The notes: generated by a model not told the origin, from the sequence alone. Numbered from the stretch's first letter, positions 36,725 to 49,392 are shown. The stretch: DNA of 64,000 bases from Basidiobolus meristosporus CBS 931.73 (GCA_002104905.1 MCFE01000273.1:41927-105926); one strand, 5' to 3'. Made by a program: numbers and translations.

Positions 36725-38494
36725 TTAATCGTAGTCTGAATCAAACAGTAAGCATTGATTCACTTCCCTTATAGCCAGTTCCACTGTTGAGATCATTAAA
36801 TTGGGGTACTTGGACCAATACAAATGCCATGTCTGCGCAGAGTTGAGATCCAGGTGACATGTCTTTGAAATTCTACAGGAGAATCCGTCATACAAGGAAA
36901 CGGAAACTGGACTGTCAGGATGGCTTTCACGAGAATAATGGTTCTTACGATAAGGAAGCATATCCGATGTTAGGTGCATAAACTCCATGAAGATTCTCTT
37001 TTCACTTTGATGCGCATGCTCACAACTTCTTCTGATGTTCAGCGAATAAAGCTCCAGCACATGAATCTGGGTTCCCCAGTCCCACTCCACCAAAGTATCG
37101 CTGCTGTCTTCTATCACTAATCCTCTCTCTACAAGGCTTTGGACGAATTTCAGATCAAACCGCTGTAACACTGAGTTAAGATCGACTGGTTGAGAAATTC
37201 CCAATTCGAAGAGATACTCCACTAGCTCCGGCCGTTCACTTTGATACACATACGGATATTCCGTTTCAAGCTCTCTATCTCTTCTTTCAAATTTTTTTTT
37301 CGCTCTTCTCTGGGTGATGTTTCGCAAGACGCTCTTCTTCACCAAAGGGACCAATTTTCTGAGAAGTCGCAGATGTCCGCACTCAATCCCATACAAGATG
37401 TATTTCTTAACCAGGTGAACACTCGAGGTTACTTCGGCCAGGTCCACCAGAAATAACAATACATCTTCGGATTGCTGTCCAGCCCAACAAGAATAATGTC
37501 GCCGGTTCAAGCCTTCGTCTGATTCGGTGAACGTCATCAATAGCTCGAGATAGCACACAGGTGTCTGGTAGGGGCCCAGACGGTTCTGGGCTGTCTGAAT
37601 CCAACCTTTGTCTAACAAAGAGGAAATGGTATTACGTTGAGAAGCATACTCGTGCAAGGTCTTCACTACTGCAAGGTTGGGAATGTCTACGAAGAAATCG
37701 TACTCCACGTGTACATTATATGGCTCATTGAACAAGATCTCAAGAGTGCTAACATATCCCAACCTTGCGCACGCTCTAGCAATCATTATCAACACATTCA
37801 TCTCTGAGGCATAATGAAGCATCAGCTCTCGATATGTGGCTTCTGATCCTAAAGGGACTGCTATTAAGACTCTCAATAGCCGTATGGGATTTTGGCCACC
37901 GACAAGCTCCAAGGCGTCTGGGACGTTGTCATTCTGGATGCAAGCCTTGATGCGGTCTTCTATGCTTATTGTTGGTAGAATGTGCTGATTTCTCATATAC
38001 CAAATGTACATCTCGCTTGACGTTGAGATTCCAACAAGTAAACAGGCATGGATACACTGAGCCCAATGCTTTCCCTCTGGCATGGTGGGGTTTTCTTCGA
38101 ACAGGAATTCCAGCATATTTAGCTTTCCTTTCAAGAGGCAAAGAAGCTTGGCCGGTGTGTCGTACTCCTTGTAGCCTTCTCCGATGAGACTAGTCAAGTA
38201 GGACAGTACATCTAGGTCCCCATAGCACGCTGCACTTGCGAGTATGTAGTCTATTGGACAGACTATAGCAGTCAGAAGCCATCGGACGAGTGGCTTGTGG
38301 CCACTTTTGATAGCTTCCTCGAGAGCAAACCCCGCGCCACCCTGCTGGGTTACTAGGTCTTCAATTCGATTGCCAGGCTTTCCAAAGAACGCGAAATACA
38401 GAACTACGTCGCCGACATAGAACAGTATAGTTTCCTGTAACTCCTTCGGCAATGCACTTCTTAAAGCCTCAACCAACTCCGGAAAGTCGGACAT
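36725..38494 (-). CDS. Array paralog P1: ~589-aa intronless protein with F-box-like N-terminus and degenerate ankyrin-like repeats
   Basis: Open ORF; probable start MSDFPEL by alignment with the paralogs; LPKELQETILFY; ankyrin-like ALEEAIKSGHKPLVRWLL, SAACYGDLDVLSYL, ARACARLGYVSTLEILF, YGIECGHLRLLRKL. CDS is certain; the domain call is by motif only. Confidence 0.8.
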   Translation of the reverse strand: MSDFPELVEALRSALPKELQETILFYVGDVVLYFAFFGKPGNRIEDLVTQQGGAGFALEEAIKSGHKPLVRWLLTAIVCPIDYILASAACYGDLDVLSYLTSLIGEGYKEYDTPAKLLCLLKGKLNMLEFLFEENPTMPEGKHWAQCIHACLLVGISTSSEMYIWYMRNQHILPTISIEDRIKACIQNDNVPDALELVGGQNPIRLLRVLIAVPLGSEATYRELMLHYASEMNVLIMIARACARLGYVSTLEILFNEPYNVHVEYDFFVDIPNLAVVKTLHEYASQRNTISSLLDKGWIQTAQNRLGPYQTPVCYLELLMTFTESDEGLNRRHYSCWAGQQSEDVLLFLVDLAEVTSSVHLVKKYILYGIECGHLRLLRKLVPLVKKSVLRNITQRRAKKKFERRDRELETEYPYVYQSERPELVEYLFELGISQPVDLNSVLQRFDLKFVQSLVERGLVIEDSSDTLVEWDWGTQIHVLELYSLNIRRSCEHAHQSEKRIFMEFMHLTSDMLPYRKNHYSRESHPDSPVSVSLYDGFSCRISKTCHLDLNSAQTWHLYWSKYPNLMISTVELAIREVNQCLLFDSDYD

Positions 38495-38749
38495 GACAAG
38501 GCTTCGTTGTCCGAATAGGCAGCAGATTGGGTTAAATTCCAACATATGTACTACGCGCAATCTCTTCAACCAATAGGGCGTTTAGGAAATTTAAGTGAAG
38601 CTATGCTTACCCCACATCTAGATTCATAAACCGGACTGGTAAATCTGGCTTTGGATTAGGATACCGGATTTGTTAATGCGATAAATAACAATCAACCACC
38701 TGAAACCCCTCGTATCAACAATAAGTATGGAGGGTAGGAATTGGCATTG

Positions 38750-39640
38750 AAGTAACCGAAAATGGAGATCCAGACTCTGCAGATGTCCGTAAGTAGTTTA
38801 CTAAATGAATCTTTGAGGAATTCAAGAATATGGCACAGCAGGATCATAGCGAATCCTGCTGGGAGCACGATATTATATTACATTACTATCGAGTATGTTT
38901 CATCTCATTTAGTTTGCTTCATCACCGGATCAGTGGCTTCCTGAGGTGGGCGTATTCCATTGCCATTGATTTGACTTGATTGCCAGTGTTTTCACTTTGG
39001 TGGAGCGCAATAACCCCGAAAATGGAATGTATTAGTTTGCCCTTGACCTCAGCTCTTTATTGTATTTCTTGAAGATCGAGAATCCTTGTATTGGGGTAAA
39101 AAGCGTCTAACGTATCATTTCCATCCAATGTTGACATTTGAGGGTTATGCCTACCTAAAGACGCAAAGATACCGCAAGGAGTTGTAGTGGTGCACATAGT
39201 ATATTGAAACATCTACAAAGTCCAAGATTGTCAATGAGTATCTTCACCAATGTGAAATAGCTATGTACAAGTGCAGCTTTCATTTCGACAGGAAAGAGGC
39301 TTGGCCGTTATGTCATACTCCTGGTATTCATCTCTTATGAGACTAAAGAAGTAAGACGGTGCGCCTTGATTCTCATAATATACTACACTAGTGAGCAGGT
39401 AAACTATCCAATAACTTGAAACAGTCAAAACCCATACGAGCTGTGGCTTGTGGCCACTTTCTTTTATTTCTTTGAAAACAAACTCCTGCCCAGCGTAGGG
39501 GTTAATAAGTTTAGAAAGCATCAAGTAGCCTTTTCATGGCTCTGCAAATCAAACAACAAACTGTTAAATATCTTGCAGTACCACCAATATACATCAAATA
39601 AATTGCTACAACTAACATACAAAAGAAATATCCAAAAATA
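38750..39640 (-). pseudogene. Decayed, diverged array paralog
   Basis: IYLMYIGGTARYL (~ILFYVGDVVLYF) and FVFKEIKESGHKPQLVWVLTVSSYWIVYLLTSVVYYENQGAPSYFFSLIRDEYQEYDITAK align to the family N-terminus; stops and frameshifts follow. Confidence 0.75.
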
Positions 39641-39779
39641 TGTTCATCAACGTGGCCAACTGAATTGCAAAATTGACTTGCAAAAAAGTTCCAACTCAAA
39701 TTCTTCAAGTCATTGATTGGGAATTCTACTACAGTTTGAACTCCTGGCCATTAAAATATAACTCTACTAAGGCTCTCTA

Positions 39780-40280
39780 CCAAGAAGGTCTAGTAAAGCA
39801 TGTCTATATCTGATGGAAAATCTCAAGTTTACACCTCTGCACTTTTTCCTATGGAATTCCTATTATTCAGTGTTATACCAACTCATATGGAGTAACTCTA
39901 ACTTAAAAGTATAGGGGAAACAATACAACTTATCTTTATGGTGTCTGAGCCTATTGATATGCAAAGTTATAGTTCTAAGCAAGCCACAAGTTTGGCTAGT
40001 ACTAAGCTGACCATAGCCAGATTCTAGTTGTAGTGTATTGCTTAAAGGGCTATTTATGGAGAATTTGTACTTCAGCATCTTTATACTTGTTGAGTAATAA
40101 TTAAGGACTAAGATAAGCCTTGATAGCACTATGGCTTTTTGTATAGCTTGCCAATAACAGCAACCACAGTTAGCAATGGGACAAGCATTATATACTTAGC
40201 TGATATAATGCCAGCTCAAGTGCAAATGTACAGTTGTACTAGTTATTGGAAATAAGATGAAAAAACACCAAGTTGCAAAG
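39780..40280 (-). mobile_element. Possible LINE (RTE/L1-like) RT C-terminal remnant
   Basis: QAIQKAIVLSRLIL and PLSNTLQLESGYGQL loosely resemble post-RT motifs of non-LTR elements. CpG-depleted. Weak. Confidence 0.3.
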
Positions 40281-40283
40281 TAT

Positions 40284-40745
40284 TGTTGTAAGAGTTTTGG
40301 AGATATTGGATGTGAGTGGGAGAACAAGTAAATTAATTCACTTGATGATTTATTGAATGTTGAAGTGGTACTTATACTTTCACACAGTTTTGGCAAAAAA
40401 ACATGCAGAGCATACTTAGGAAGGTCCCAAGCCCATGTGTGCAAGGTTTGGGGCTGCTTGGACCACTTTGGGAATTTGGAGCAAATTCCTTGTTGGGATT
40501 CACTCAGAAAATTTTCACCAAAGCATCAGATACTGACAAAATGTCAATCCTCAAAGTTGTCCAAGCAGCCCCAAACCTTGTACACATGCTCCTGAGACCT
40601 TCCTAAGCATATTCTACATGTTTGCTTTACCAAGACTGTGTAAAAGTATAAATATCACTTTTGCATTCAATAAATCATCAAGTGAAAACCATATAATATA
40701 CTTACTCTCTGAATCATTTCCAATATCTCCAAAATTCTTACATCC
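40284..40745. repeat. Fold-back pair of Copia-B-like LTR fragments in inverted orientation
   Basis: Left arm TGTTGTAAGAGTTTTGGAGATATTGG...; right end CCAATATCTCCAAAATTCTTACA is its reverse complement; ~190-bp arms. Confidence 0.85.
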
Positions 40746-41059
40746 CTATCAAGATGCACTCATATACAGAATCTGTACTAATGTAAGATTGGGAATATCC
40801 AGTGATAGCTCATACTTGATATATTTGCTACAAAACCTAGGAGTGAGCTGGATGAGACCTGGAGGTTCCAGCATGTACTTGCCGTAGTTAACACAAAACC
40901 TTGGTATTTTAGAACCAGCCATCTGTATTGTTTTGCAATAAATATACGGAAATCTCACAGATCTATGAGCTAACATAATCAACAACAGTAGTGTTACTGT
41001 AGACTGTTGTATGTTTTATGGTTACATCTATATATTCACTTAACATAGTCACTTGGATC

Positions 41060-41350
41060 ACTGCTTACAAATCTTAGAGTACTCAACCTAAACCTCTTAT
41101 TGTGATCTGCCTGGAATATTTACCAAAGTATCCAGTGCCCATAACATCAAATATTGATAAGTTGTCCAAATAGCATTAATCTTTGTCCACAGGTTCCTGG
41201 GGCCCTTCAGAATATATTCTACATGCTTGCTCTGCTGAGGCCATGTAAAAGTATAAATAGCACTTTTACATTCAATTAATCATCAAGTGAAGCCACACAA
41301 TTACCTGGGCTGCCTATCACCCCTCCCCAATATCTTCAAAAGCTTTTATA
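41060..41350 (+). repeat. Degenerate Copia-B-like LTR
   Basis: Blocks TATTTACCAAAGTATC, GATAAGTTGTCCAA, GTAAAAGTATAAATAGCACTTTTACATTCAA, CCAATATCTTCAAAAGC match the reverse complement of the B LTR. Confidence 0.65.
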
Positions 41351-41694
41351 ATACAGAAAAGTGTGACAAGAAAGTAACCAAGTAGTCATTATTACAAAAT
41401 TACCTGATACCAACAGTATGTCATTATATAACCAGTAGAATTCCAATTTCCTCAGAGTCCAAATTTCAATAAATACAGTTCTGACCTTTTTCAGGGCAAG
41501 TTGACATGTGTTCTAGAAGGTGTGATGCCAGAGTAATCCTCATGCCAAATGTGGTAACAATCAGTACACTAACTCCAGGAATATTTACACTTGAAAAATA
41601 GACTGAAGAACACCAGTGGAACACTAGCAGAATATCCGAGGAATAATGATGAAATACCAGTAGAACGCCATATGGAATCCATCCTTGATATTTT

Positions 41695-41985
41695 TCATAG
41701 AGTATATCAAGTTGTACACCAATGACTGTTTAGCGCAAGCCTGGAGGTTGTAGAGGTATCCTAAAAGTGTTCTTCACATGGGAATGGGTCACACTCCTTT
41801 TGGTTTCCAAGTTGCAGGAAATCCCCATCACTGTCATCACTCACCAATCCTGTCTCCACCAAGTTCTGAATAAATTTCAGGTTAAACCGCCGCAGCAGTG
41901 GTAATAAGTTGGGTTGGTTGGGAAATTCCCAATCTAAAGAGATACTCGACTAGCTGCGGCCGTTCACGTTGATATGTGCATTGGG
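41695..41985 (-). pseudogene. C-terminal fragment of an array paralog
   Basis: TYQRERPQLVEYLFRLGISQPTQL, then sequence homologous to RFDLKFIQNLVE.GLV.DD.DGD of P3/P4. Confidence 0.82.
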
Positions 41986-42271
41986 ATATTTGGATTCCTG
42001 ACCCTACTTTCGACCATTGGCCAATTGGCTGTATTAGTGAAGTCCTGGAAGTAGCCGAGCTTTCCAATGGAATTTATGCAACTCTGAGCCTTGAATTCAA
42101 CCTCGAGTATCTTTATCAGAGCTTAGGACAAATAATAGAGATATAACTGTCACAACTCGACGCACTATAATTCTCCGTATCTATACAATAAAGATACTCG
42201 GGAAGAAATTGAAGATGTCGAATTTGACAAGTATCGTTTTCCTCGAAAAATTATCATGGAAAAGAGCGCGT

Positions 42272-44041
42272 TTATTCGTGTTGTTGACGGAATAGTAATT
42301 GTTGATGTACTTCCCTAATAGACAAGTCAGCATTAGAATACAATATATTGGGGCATTTTGCCCAATATATATGACTTGTTTCTGCAGCGTGGGGAGTAAG
42401 TTTAAAGGCGGGTGCAAATCTAGTAGAGAATTCGGTACTAGTGGAAAAAGAAACTGAACTGGAACGGTGGCTCTCAAGGGGATAATAATTCTTTTCAAAT
42501 GGAAACACATCCCACGAAAAGCGGATCAGTTCCAAAAGATAGGCCTTTTCAGTTTGATGCGCGTGTTTAAAACTGCTAACAGTGTTCGCCAAATACGCTA
42601 ATCTCATATACTCCCTAGTTTCTGAGTTCCATCTCATCAACTCCAAACTCTCGTCTTCTATTACTAACCCTCTTTCTATAAGGACTTGAACGAACTTCAG
42701 ATCGAACCGCTGCATCAGTGGTCTGAGAAATGATGGCTGATATATTCCCATTTCGAAGAGATACTCTACGAGCTCCGGCCGTTCGCTTTGATATATATTA
42801 GGAAATTCCGTTTGAAGTTCCATTGCCAAATGGTTCATATCTTCTTCCACTATTCCTTGGCTGATGCTTCGCAAAACGCTCTTCTTGACCAAAGGGATCA
42901 ACACTCTAAGAAGTCGTAGATGCCCACATTCAATCCCATACAAGATGTATTTCTTTACTAAGCGAGCACTCGAGGTTACTTTGGCCAGGTCCACCAGAAA
43001 TAACAACACATCCTCGGATTGCTGTCCAGCCCAGCAACAATTACGTCGCTGTACTTTGCTTTCCTTGGATTTAGTGAAGACTTCTAATAGCTTCAGATAG
43101 CACTTGGGAGTCTGGTAGACACTCAGACGGTTCTTGACAATCTGGATCCAACCTTTGTTTAACAATGAGGAAATGGCATTCCGTTGAGATGCATACTTGT
43201 GCAAGATCTCCACTACTGCAAGGTTGGGAATGTCTACAAAGAAATCGTACTCCACGTGTACGTTATATGGCTCATTGAACAAGATCTCAAGAGTGTCAGC
43301 ATATCCCAACCTTGCACACGCACTAGCAATCAGTGTCAAAACATTCTCCTCTGAAGCATAATGATGCATCAATTCTCGATATGTGGCTTCTGATCCTAAA
43401 GGGATTGCAATTAAGACTCTCAATAGCCGTATGGGATTTTGGCCACCGATAAGCTCCAAGGCGTCTGGAACGTTGTCATTCTGGATGCAAGCCTTGATGC
43501 GGTCTTCTATGCTTATTGTTGGCAGAATGTGTTGATTTCTCATATACCAAATGTACATTTCGCTTGATGTTGAGATTCCAATATGTAAGCAGTTGTAACT
43601 ATACTCGGTTAAACCCTCCCCTTCACTAAAAGTGGGGTTTCTTTGGAACAAGTGCTCCAAAAAGTGCACTTTTCCCTTCAATAGGCAGAGTAGCTTGGCC
43701 GGTGTATCGTGCTCCTTGTAGTCTTCTCCGATGAGATTAATCAAGTAGAACAGTACATCTAGGTCTCCATAGCACACCGCACAGGTGAGCAGGTAGTCTA
43801 TTGGAAAGCTTACAGCAGTTAGGAGCCACAGCAGTAGCTTCTTGTGGCCACTTTTGATAGCTTCCTCCAGAGCAAACCCCGCCCCGCCCTGGTGAGTTAC
43901 TAGCAGCCCAAAGCGAGAGCTATGTTTTTCGAAGAAGTTGAAATATAGGACTACGTCGCCAACATAGAAAAGAATAGTTTCCTGTATTTCCTCCGCTAAT
44001 GTGTATCTTATGGCCTTCACCAAGTCCGGAAATTTGGTCAT
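42272..44041 (-). CDS. Array paralog P2 (589 aa)
   Basis: Open ORF, collinear with P1 over its full length. Confidence 0.82.
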   Translation of the reverse strand: MTKFPDLVKAIRYTLAEEIQETILFYVGDVVLYFNFFEKHSSRFGLLVTHQGGAGFALEEAIKSGHKKLLLWLLTAVSFPIDYLLTCAVCYGDLDVLFYLINLIGEDYKEHDTPAKLLCLLKGKVHFLEHLFQRNPTFSEGEGLTEYSYNCLHIGISTSSEMYIWYMRNQHILPTISIEDRIKACIQNDNVPDALELIGGQNPIRLLRVLIAIPLGSEATYRELMHHYASEENVLTLIASACARLGYADTLEILFNEPYNVHVEYDFFVDIPNLAVVEILHKYASQRNAISSLLNKGWIQIVKNRLSVYQTPKCYLKLLEVFTKSKESKVQRRNCCWAGQQSEDVLLFLVDLAKVTSSARLVKKYILYGIECGHLRLLRVLIPLVKKSVLRSISQGIVEEDMNHLAMELQTEFPNIYQSERPELVEYLFEMGIYQPSFLRPLMQRFDLKFVQVLIERGLVIEDESLELMRWNSETREYMRLAYLANTVSSFKHAHQTEKAYLLELIRFSWDVFPFEKNYYPLESHRSSSVSFSTSTEFSTRFAPAFKLTPHAAETSHIYWAKCPNILYSNADLSIREVHQQLLFRQQHE

Positions 44042-46912
44042 GATAAGCTAGTCCAGACTTCCTTGTCCGAATAGTCAGTAGCAGCAGCTATGAGGGTTAA
44101 ATACCAAGCTGTACCCCAAATGCAATCCTGTAGACCAATAGGGCATCACGGGAATTTAGATGAAACAATGCTTTCTTTACATCTAGATTAATAACTTGAC
44201 TGATCATTTGCCATCAGCTTATAATCCTGAATTTGACATTACAAAATCGTAAGGCAGCTGGTCACTTGTAACTTCTAATACCACTAGTACATATGGATGA
44301 TAGGAATAGCATAGTAGAAGCCGAAAATGTCGATCAAGATTTACAGATTTTATGTGATGTTTGCCGGGCAAATTGCTGCGGTAAGTAAGAATATAGCACT
44401 ATAGTAGCCTACCAATTCCTGTTGGGATCATGTGACTTTGTTACAATATATCAAGTGTATTTCATCTAATTTAGCTCACCTTATCTCCGGATTAATGGCT
44501 GCCTGCGACAGGTGAATTGTACTGCCATTGATCTGACTTGGTTACCAGCATTATGATTTTGGATGAGCACATAACCATAAAAATGCGACTCGTTTGTTGG
44601 CCCTTTACATAGGCTGGTAACTGCATTTTTAGTGCCAAACTGGGTGTTTCTGTGTGGCCACTACCGCAACATACCAATACTGTCACAATGTTTTGTATTT
44701 CAGGGGTGTACCATCCAGTGTACTCTCTGTAATTGAAGCTGTTTGAGAGCTATAAGAGCATAAGGTCAGCATACTACAAGCCTCAAGGAGCTGAAAGTCA
44801 CCTCAAATCCTATTCAGTACAAACTAACAAGATAATTTTCTTCAGATTTTAGCTTAGCCTGTTAGGATTTGCTCTGTGTCATGTTTCAGTATCTTTTGAT
44901 ATCCCTAAGGGATATGGATTTGTTTACAAATGAAATACTCCCAGATAGCTTAGAGTAGTTGCTCCAGGCTTCTAGAAATCTGATTCAACTCAGAATCCTC
45001 ATTACCCTTAGAGCCCAGTTAGGTCAGTCAGTAACTGGTACATATTAGCTTCATATTGTTAATTGCTTCTAAGCTGTGCTACCACCTTTGACAGGCAGAT
45101 GAAAGTTCAAACTTATAAAAAAAATCACCTGTGAAAGATCTTGAAGTTGGAATTCATTGGATTTTTAGCTGGAATTCTGCTGATGTCACTACTACAAATT
45201 TTCTGTTACAACAGATGTTATGAGCAGCTGATTACCAAACTTGCTACAAATGCTAGTTGGCCTAGTCCCCCCTGCAAAGGATGTCTGCTTGTCCTCTGTG
45301 AAGCTAGTACCTGACATAGAGAGCTGTCACTTTTGGGAAAGGTGGAACTTAGCTAGTATTTTGATAGTCTTATTCTGGCCTTTTCTTAATTTTTTTAGGG
45401 ATCCCAGGGCCCTCAAGGAGCAGCTTAAGACTTTGCAGCATTGGTCACAGTAGCTTAGCAAAACCAAGAGCAAAAGCAGATGGTGTAGGCTAGATAAACC
45501 AAGAAGCAAATATTATGTAGGTTTTCCAATACTGTAAGTGCCCTCTTTGGGTGCACTTATCTGTAGTAGTTATTTGGCTTAGATCTGGGACATTCAGATA
45601 ATGTAATGCTACATGTATTTTATTGACAAGTTGTGATTTATGTGTCTAAGATTCAGTTCATAGCATGCTAACTAATTGCTGGAATTAGTGAAGGTCTTGT
45701 GGTTATCACTTCTTTTGGACTTTTAATAAAGCCTCCAAGGATTGCATACTTCTTCCTGCAACCTTCTCAATAACAGCCTTATCATTGGTGTCCCAGAGTT
45801 TTCCTACAAGTATAAGCACTATGCTTGAGCTCAAGAGAGTAACCTTCAGAAATACCACCTCTATTCCCTGGTCTATCTGGCCATTTTTATTACATACCCA
45901 ATGTCAGGGTTTGCAGTCTCTTACTAAATTCCTGTGAGCCTGCTCTTCCTAGTTTTTACCACATCTTCTTACTTTTCTTTACCACTACATCCCAATTGCT
46001 GAGATTAGCATACTTTCTCTTGTACCTAATTCTTCTAACTGACTTCCAGTGCCTGCTAGAACTCTGCAAGGTTATCTTTAAGGATGCTACAATTGCAGCA
46101 GCTACGTATCTAACACATGCAGTTAAGGGTGAGGTCTCCTCACTTTTCCACACTTGGCTGAGTATTTGGTCACCATTTATCTACATACACTCACAACTCA
46201 ATCTGCAGATTGTGACATTCAGTACCCATACAGTAAAAAGATACTGAATCACTACTTGTTTGAAAAATTACTGAACTTCAGTAGAGTCTTGGAATATACA
46301 GTGAGAAGCTCAATATTTCTTACAATTCACCTTTTATCAATCATGGTTCTAGTCATTTTGAGGACAGGCTGCTGTATATCTCAGATAATGTTGTGCTGGA
46401 GTATTTCTCATGCCAAATGTGGAAGTAATCAGCACACTGATCCAAGGGATACTTACACATCTATTTCAATTAGGTAAATCAAGGAGATAAGTGGAAAACA
46501 AGCAGAGCACCAGCAGTATACTTACCAGATACAAGCAGAATTTTCATAAAATCTAAGCTTGATGTTCATTAAGTGCAATTGCTGTTCTCTGGTCACCAAC
46601 AATTATAGGGTTTGAATAACTTTTGAAGCAAACCATATGTGTTGATTCACCTCTTTTGTATCAAACTCCATATAGAGACCATCAACTAGGCCACCTTGAT
46701 CTATATCAGTGCCATGCTCACTTACAGTCAAGGTCTACAATGTATAAACCCTTAAAAAATGGGGGAAAGGCCAGCAGAATATCATCACAAAATCAGCTGA
46801 ATTCTAAGCTTCTCAAAGCTGATAACTTACAATATCTCAGATTCCAGCTGTTGAGCAGAGAAGCCAACATATTTTTCAGGCAGAGACTAGGCCAACTAGC
46901 TTTCACACATTT

Positions 46913-47261
46913 TATTGTAAAAACTTAGAATTCCACCTAATTATGCACCTATCTTAGTCACTTAGATCATTACCTTCAAATCCTAGAGAATACTGACCAA
47001 ATTCCTTGTTGGGATTTACTTAGAATATTTTCACCAAAATATCAGATACCTAGAACATGAAAATTAGATAAGTTGTCCAAGCAGCCCCAGACTTTGTACA
47101 CATGCTCTTGGGACCTTTCCAAGCCTATTCTACATGGTTTGTATGACAAGACCATGTAAAAGTATAAATGCTACTTTTACAGTCAATGAATCATTAAGTG
47201 ACAACCACATCATCTACTTGTTCTCACAATCATTTCCAATATCTCCAAGTCTCTTACAACA
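46913..47261 (+). repeat. Solo LTR, Copia family B-like, opposite orientation to B1
   Basis: TATTGTAAAAA...CTTACAACA with TSD CATTT on both sides. Confidence 0.92.
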
Positions 47262-47637
47262 CATTTTAGGTGGAGTTGCAAATTCTTACCACACCATCAA
47301 GGTGGAATATCTTTGGTTGGCCCAGGCCTCCTTATCCACAGAGTTGGTGGCAGCAGCAGCTCAGAGGGTAAAGTCCTCAAAGATATTCCAAATGCAACTT
47401 GGTGGACCTATAGGAGATTGAGGAGAATAGGCAAAACTATACTTGCCCCACATATACATTGATAACATGACTAATCATATGGCTTTAATGACTTCTGTTG
47501 CTAAGCTTGCTTCAAAGGTGGGAGCATTGCTGCTATTCTAGCTTTATTATTGCATGTTTTGGCTTAATCTGCACTGTATACACAGAGTGATAATATGTAT
47601 TGCTTAGAACATGTGCAAGCTTCATACAGAGGGTAAG

Positions 47638-49392
47638 TCAGATTTCATGCTCAGGTGAGGTATTTTCAAGGACTTTGGAAAGAAGCAAGTTCACACTGGC
47701 CATGCCAATGATAGAATTGACTGCTGTAATCAACAAATCAGGATTACAATGCGAATACCACCTGCATGTCCATGAAAGAGCACGAGTAAGCTGGTCACAT
47801 GTTGAATGAGAAACTGGACCAGCGTGAGTAACATCAAGGGAACAGAAATGCTTTCGATAAGGAATCACATCCGCTGTCAAGTGGATCAACTCCATCAGGT
47901 AGCCTTTTCCACTTCGATGCAAATGGTCAAGACTCTGGCCAATGAATTTCAAATGAGATTGGGTCACTGTCCTCTTGGTTTCCAAGTCCCATTTCAGGAA
48001 ATCCCCATCTCTGTCATCTCTCACCAAACCTCTCTCCACCAGGTACTGGATGAATTTTAGGTCAAACCGTTGCATCAGTTGGTTCAGGTGCACTGGTTGA
48101 TAAATTCCCAAACCAAAGAGATATTCGACTAGCTCCGGCCGTTCACTTTGATATACATTCGGATAATCCGTTCTTTGCCCCCTTGCCGTCCTGTGCAAAT
48201 CCTCACCGGCTATTCCTTGAGCAATGCTTTGCAATACTTTCTCCTCTAACAAGGGGACCAGCTTCCGGAGAAGTCGCAGGTGACCAGATTCAATCCCGTA
48301 AAAGATGTATTTCTGTAATAGCTGGCCATTGGAGGTCACTTCCGCCAAGTCTACCAGAAACAACAATACATCTTCGGATTTCTGTCCCGACCAGCATCGA
48401 TTGTATCGTTGACTCCTGGTATCGCGTGAATCAGCGAAGGTTGTTAGTAGCTTCTGATAGCACTCGGGGGTCTGGTAGACACTCGGAGTGGTTTTCAGTG
48501 TCCGAATGCAACCTTGAACCAACTGACTGGAAACAAGGTTCCGTTGAGATGCATATCTATGCAAGACCTTTACAACAGCAAGGCTGGGGATGCTCACAAA
48601 GAAATCGTACTCCACGAGTACTTTAAATGGCTTGTCGAGCAAAATCTCAAGAGTATCGACATATCCCAACCTCACACATGCTCTTGCAATCATTGTCAAG
48701 ACGTCTGCTTCAGAAACATATTGGGTAATTAACCTCCGATATGTTTTTTCTGACCCTAAAGGGGCTACTTTCAGGGCACCTACTAATAATTCTGTATTCT
48801 CATGGCCGACAAGCTCTGTGACCCCAGCGACGTGGTCATTCTGGATGCATGCCTTGATGCGGGCTTCCTTGAAAATCGGCGGTAAAATGTCAAGATTTCG
48901 CAGATACCAGGAGTATGTCTTGCTTGATTTCGAGATACCAGCAACTAGGCAGGCCTCCTTAACCTGCTTATTCCCTTCACAAAATGTAGGGTTTTCTTGA
49001 AACAAGTATTCGAACGAGTGTAGCTTTCCTTTCAATATGCAAAGAAGCTTGGCAGGTGTGTCGTACTCCTTGTAATCTTCCCCAATGAGGCTAATAAAGT
49101 AACTCAGTATGCCCAGGTTCCCATAGCACACCGCACTAGTGAGCAGGTAGTCTATTGGATACACTACAGAAGTCAGAAGCCATTGGAGGAGCGGCTTGTG
49201 GCCACTTTTAATAGCTTCCTCCAAAACAAACCCCGGCCCACCCTCGGAGTATACTAATTCTTCAAAGTGACAACCAGTCTGCCCAAAGAAATGGAAATAC
49301 AGAACTATGTCCCCAACATAGAAAAGAACAATTTCCTGCATCTCTGCAGACAGTGAACTTACAGTCTTCACCAACTCCTGAAGGTTGGACAT
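47638..49392 (-). CDS. Array paralog P3 (584 aa)
   Basis: Open ORF with the same conserved blocks. Confidence 0.82.
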   Translation of the reverse strand: MSNLQELVKTVSSLSAEMQEIVLFYVGDIVLYFHFFGQTGCHFEELVYSEGGPGFVLEEAIKSGHKPLLQWLLTSVVYPIDYLLTSAVCYGNLGILSYFISLIGEDYKEYDTPAKLLCILKGKLHSFEYLFQENPTFCEGNKQVKEACLVAGISKSSKTYSWYLRNLDILPPIFKEARIKACIQNDHVAGVTELVGHENTELLVGALKVAPLGSEKTYRRLITQYVSEADVLTMIARACVRLGYVDTLEILLDKPFKVLVEYDFFVSIPSLAVVKVLHRYASQRNLVSSQLVQGCIRTLKTTPSVYQTPECYQKLLTTFADSRDTRSQRYNRCWSGQKSEDVLLFLVDLAEVTSNGQLLQKYIFYGIESGHLRLLRKLVPLLEEKVLQSIAQGIAGEDLHRTARGQRTDYPNVYQSERPELVEYLFGLGIYQPVHLNQLMQRFDLKFIQYLVERGLVRDDRDGDFLKWDLETKRTVTQSHLKFIGQSLDHLHRSGKGYLMELIHLTADVIPYRKHFCSLDVTHAGPVSHSTCDQLTRALSWTCRWYSHCNPDLLITAVNSIIGMASVNLLLSKVLENTSPEHEI

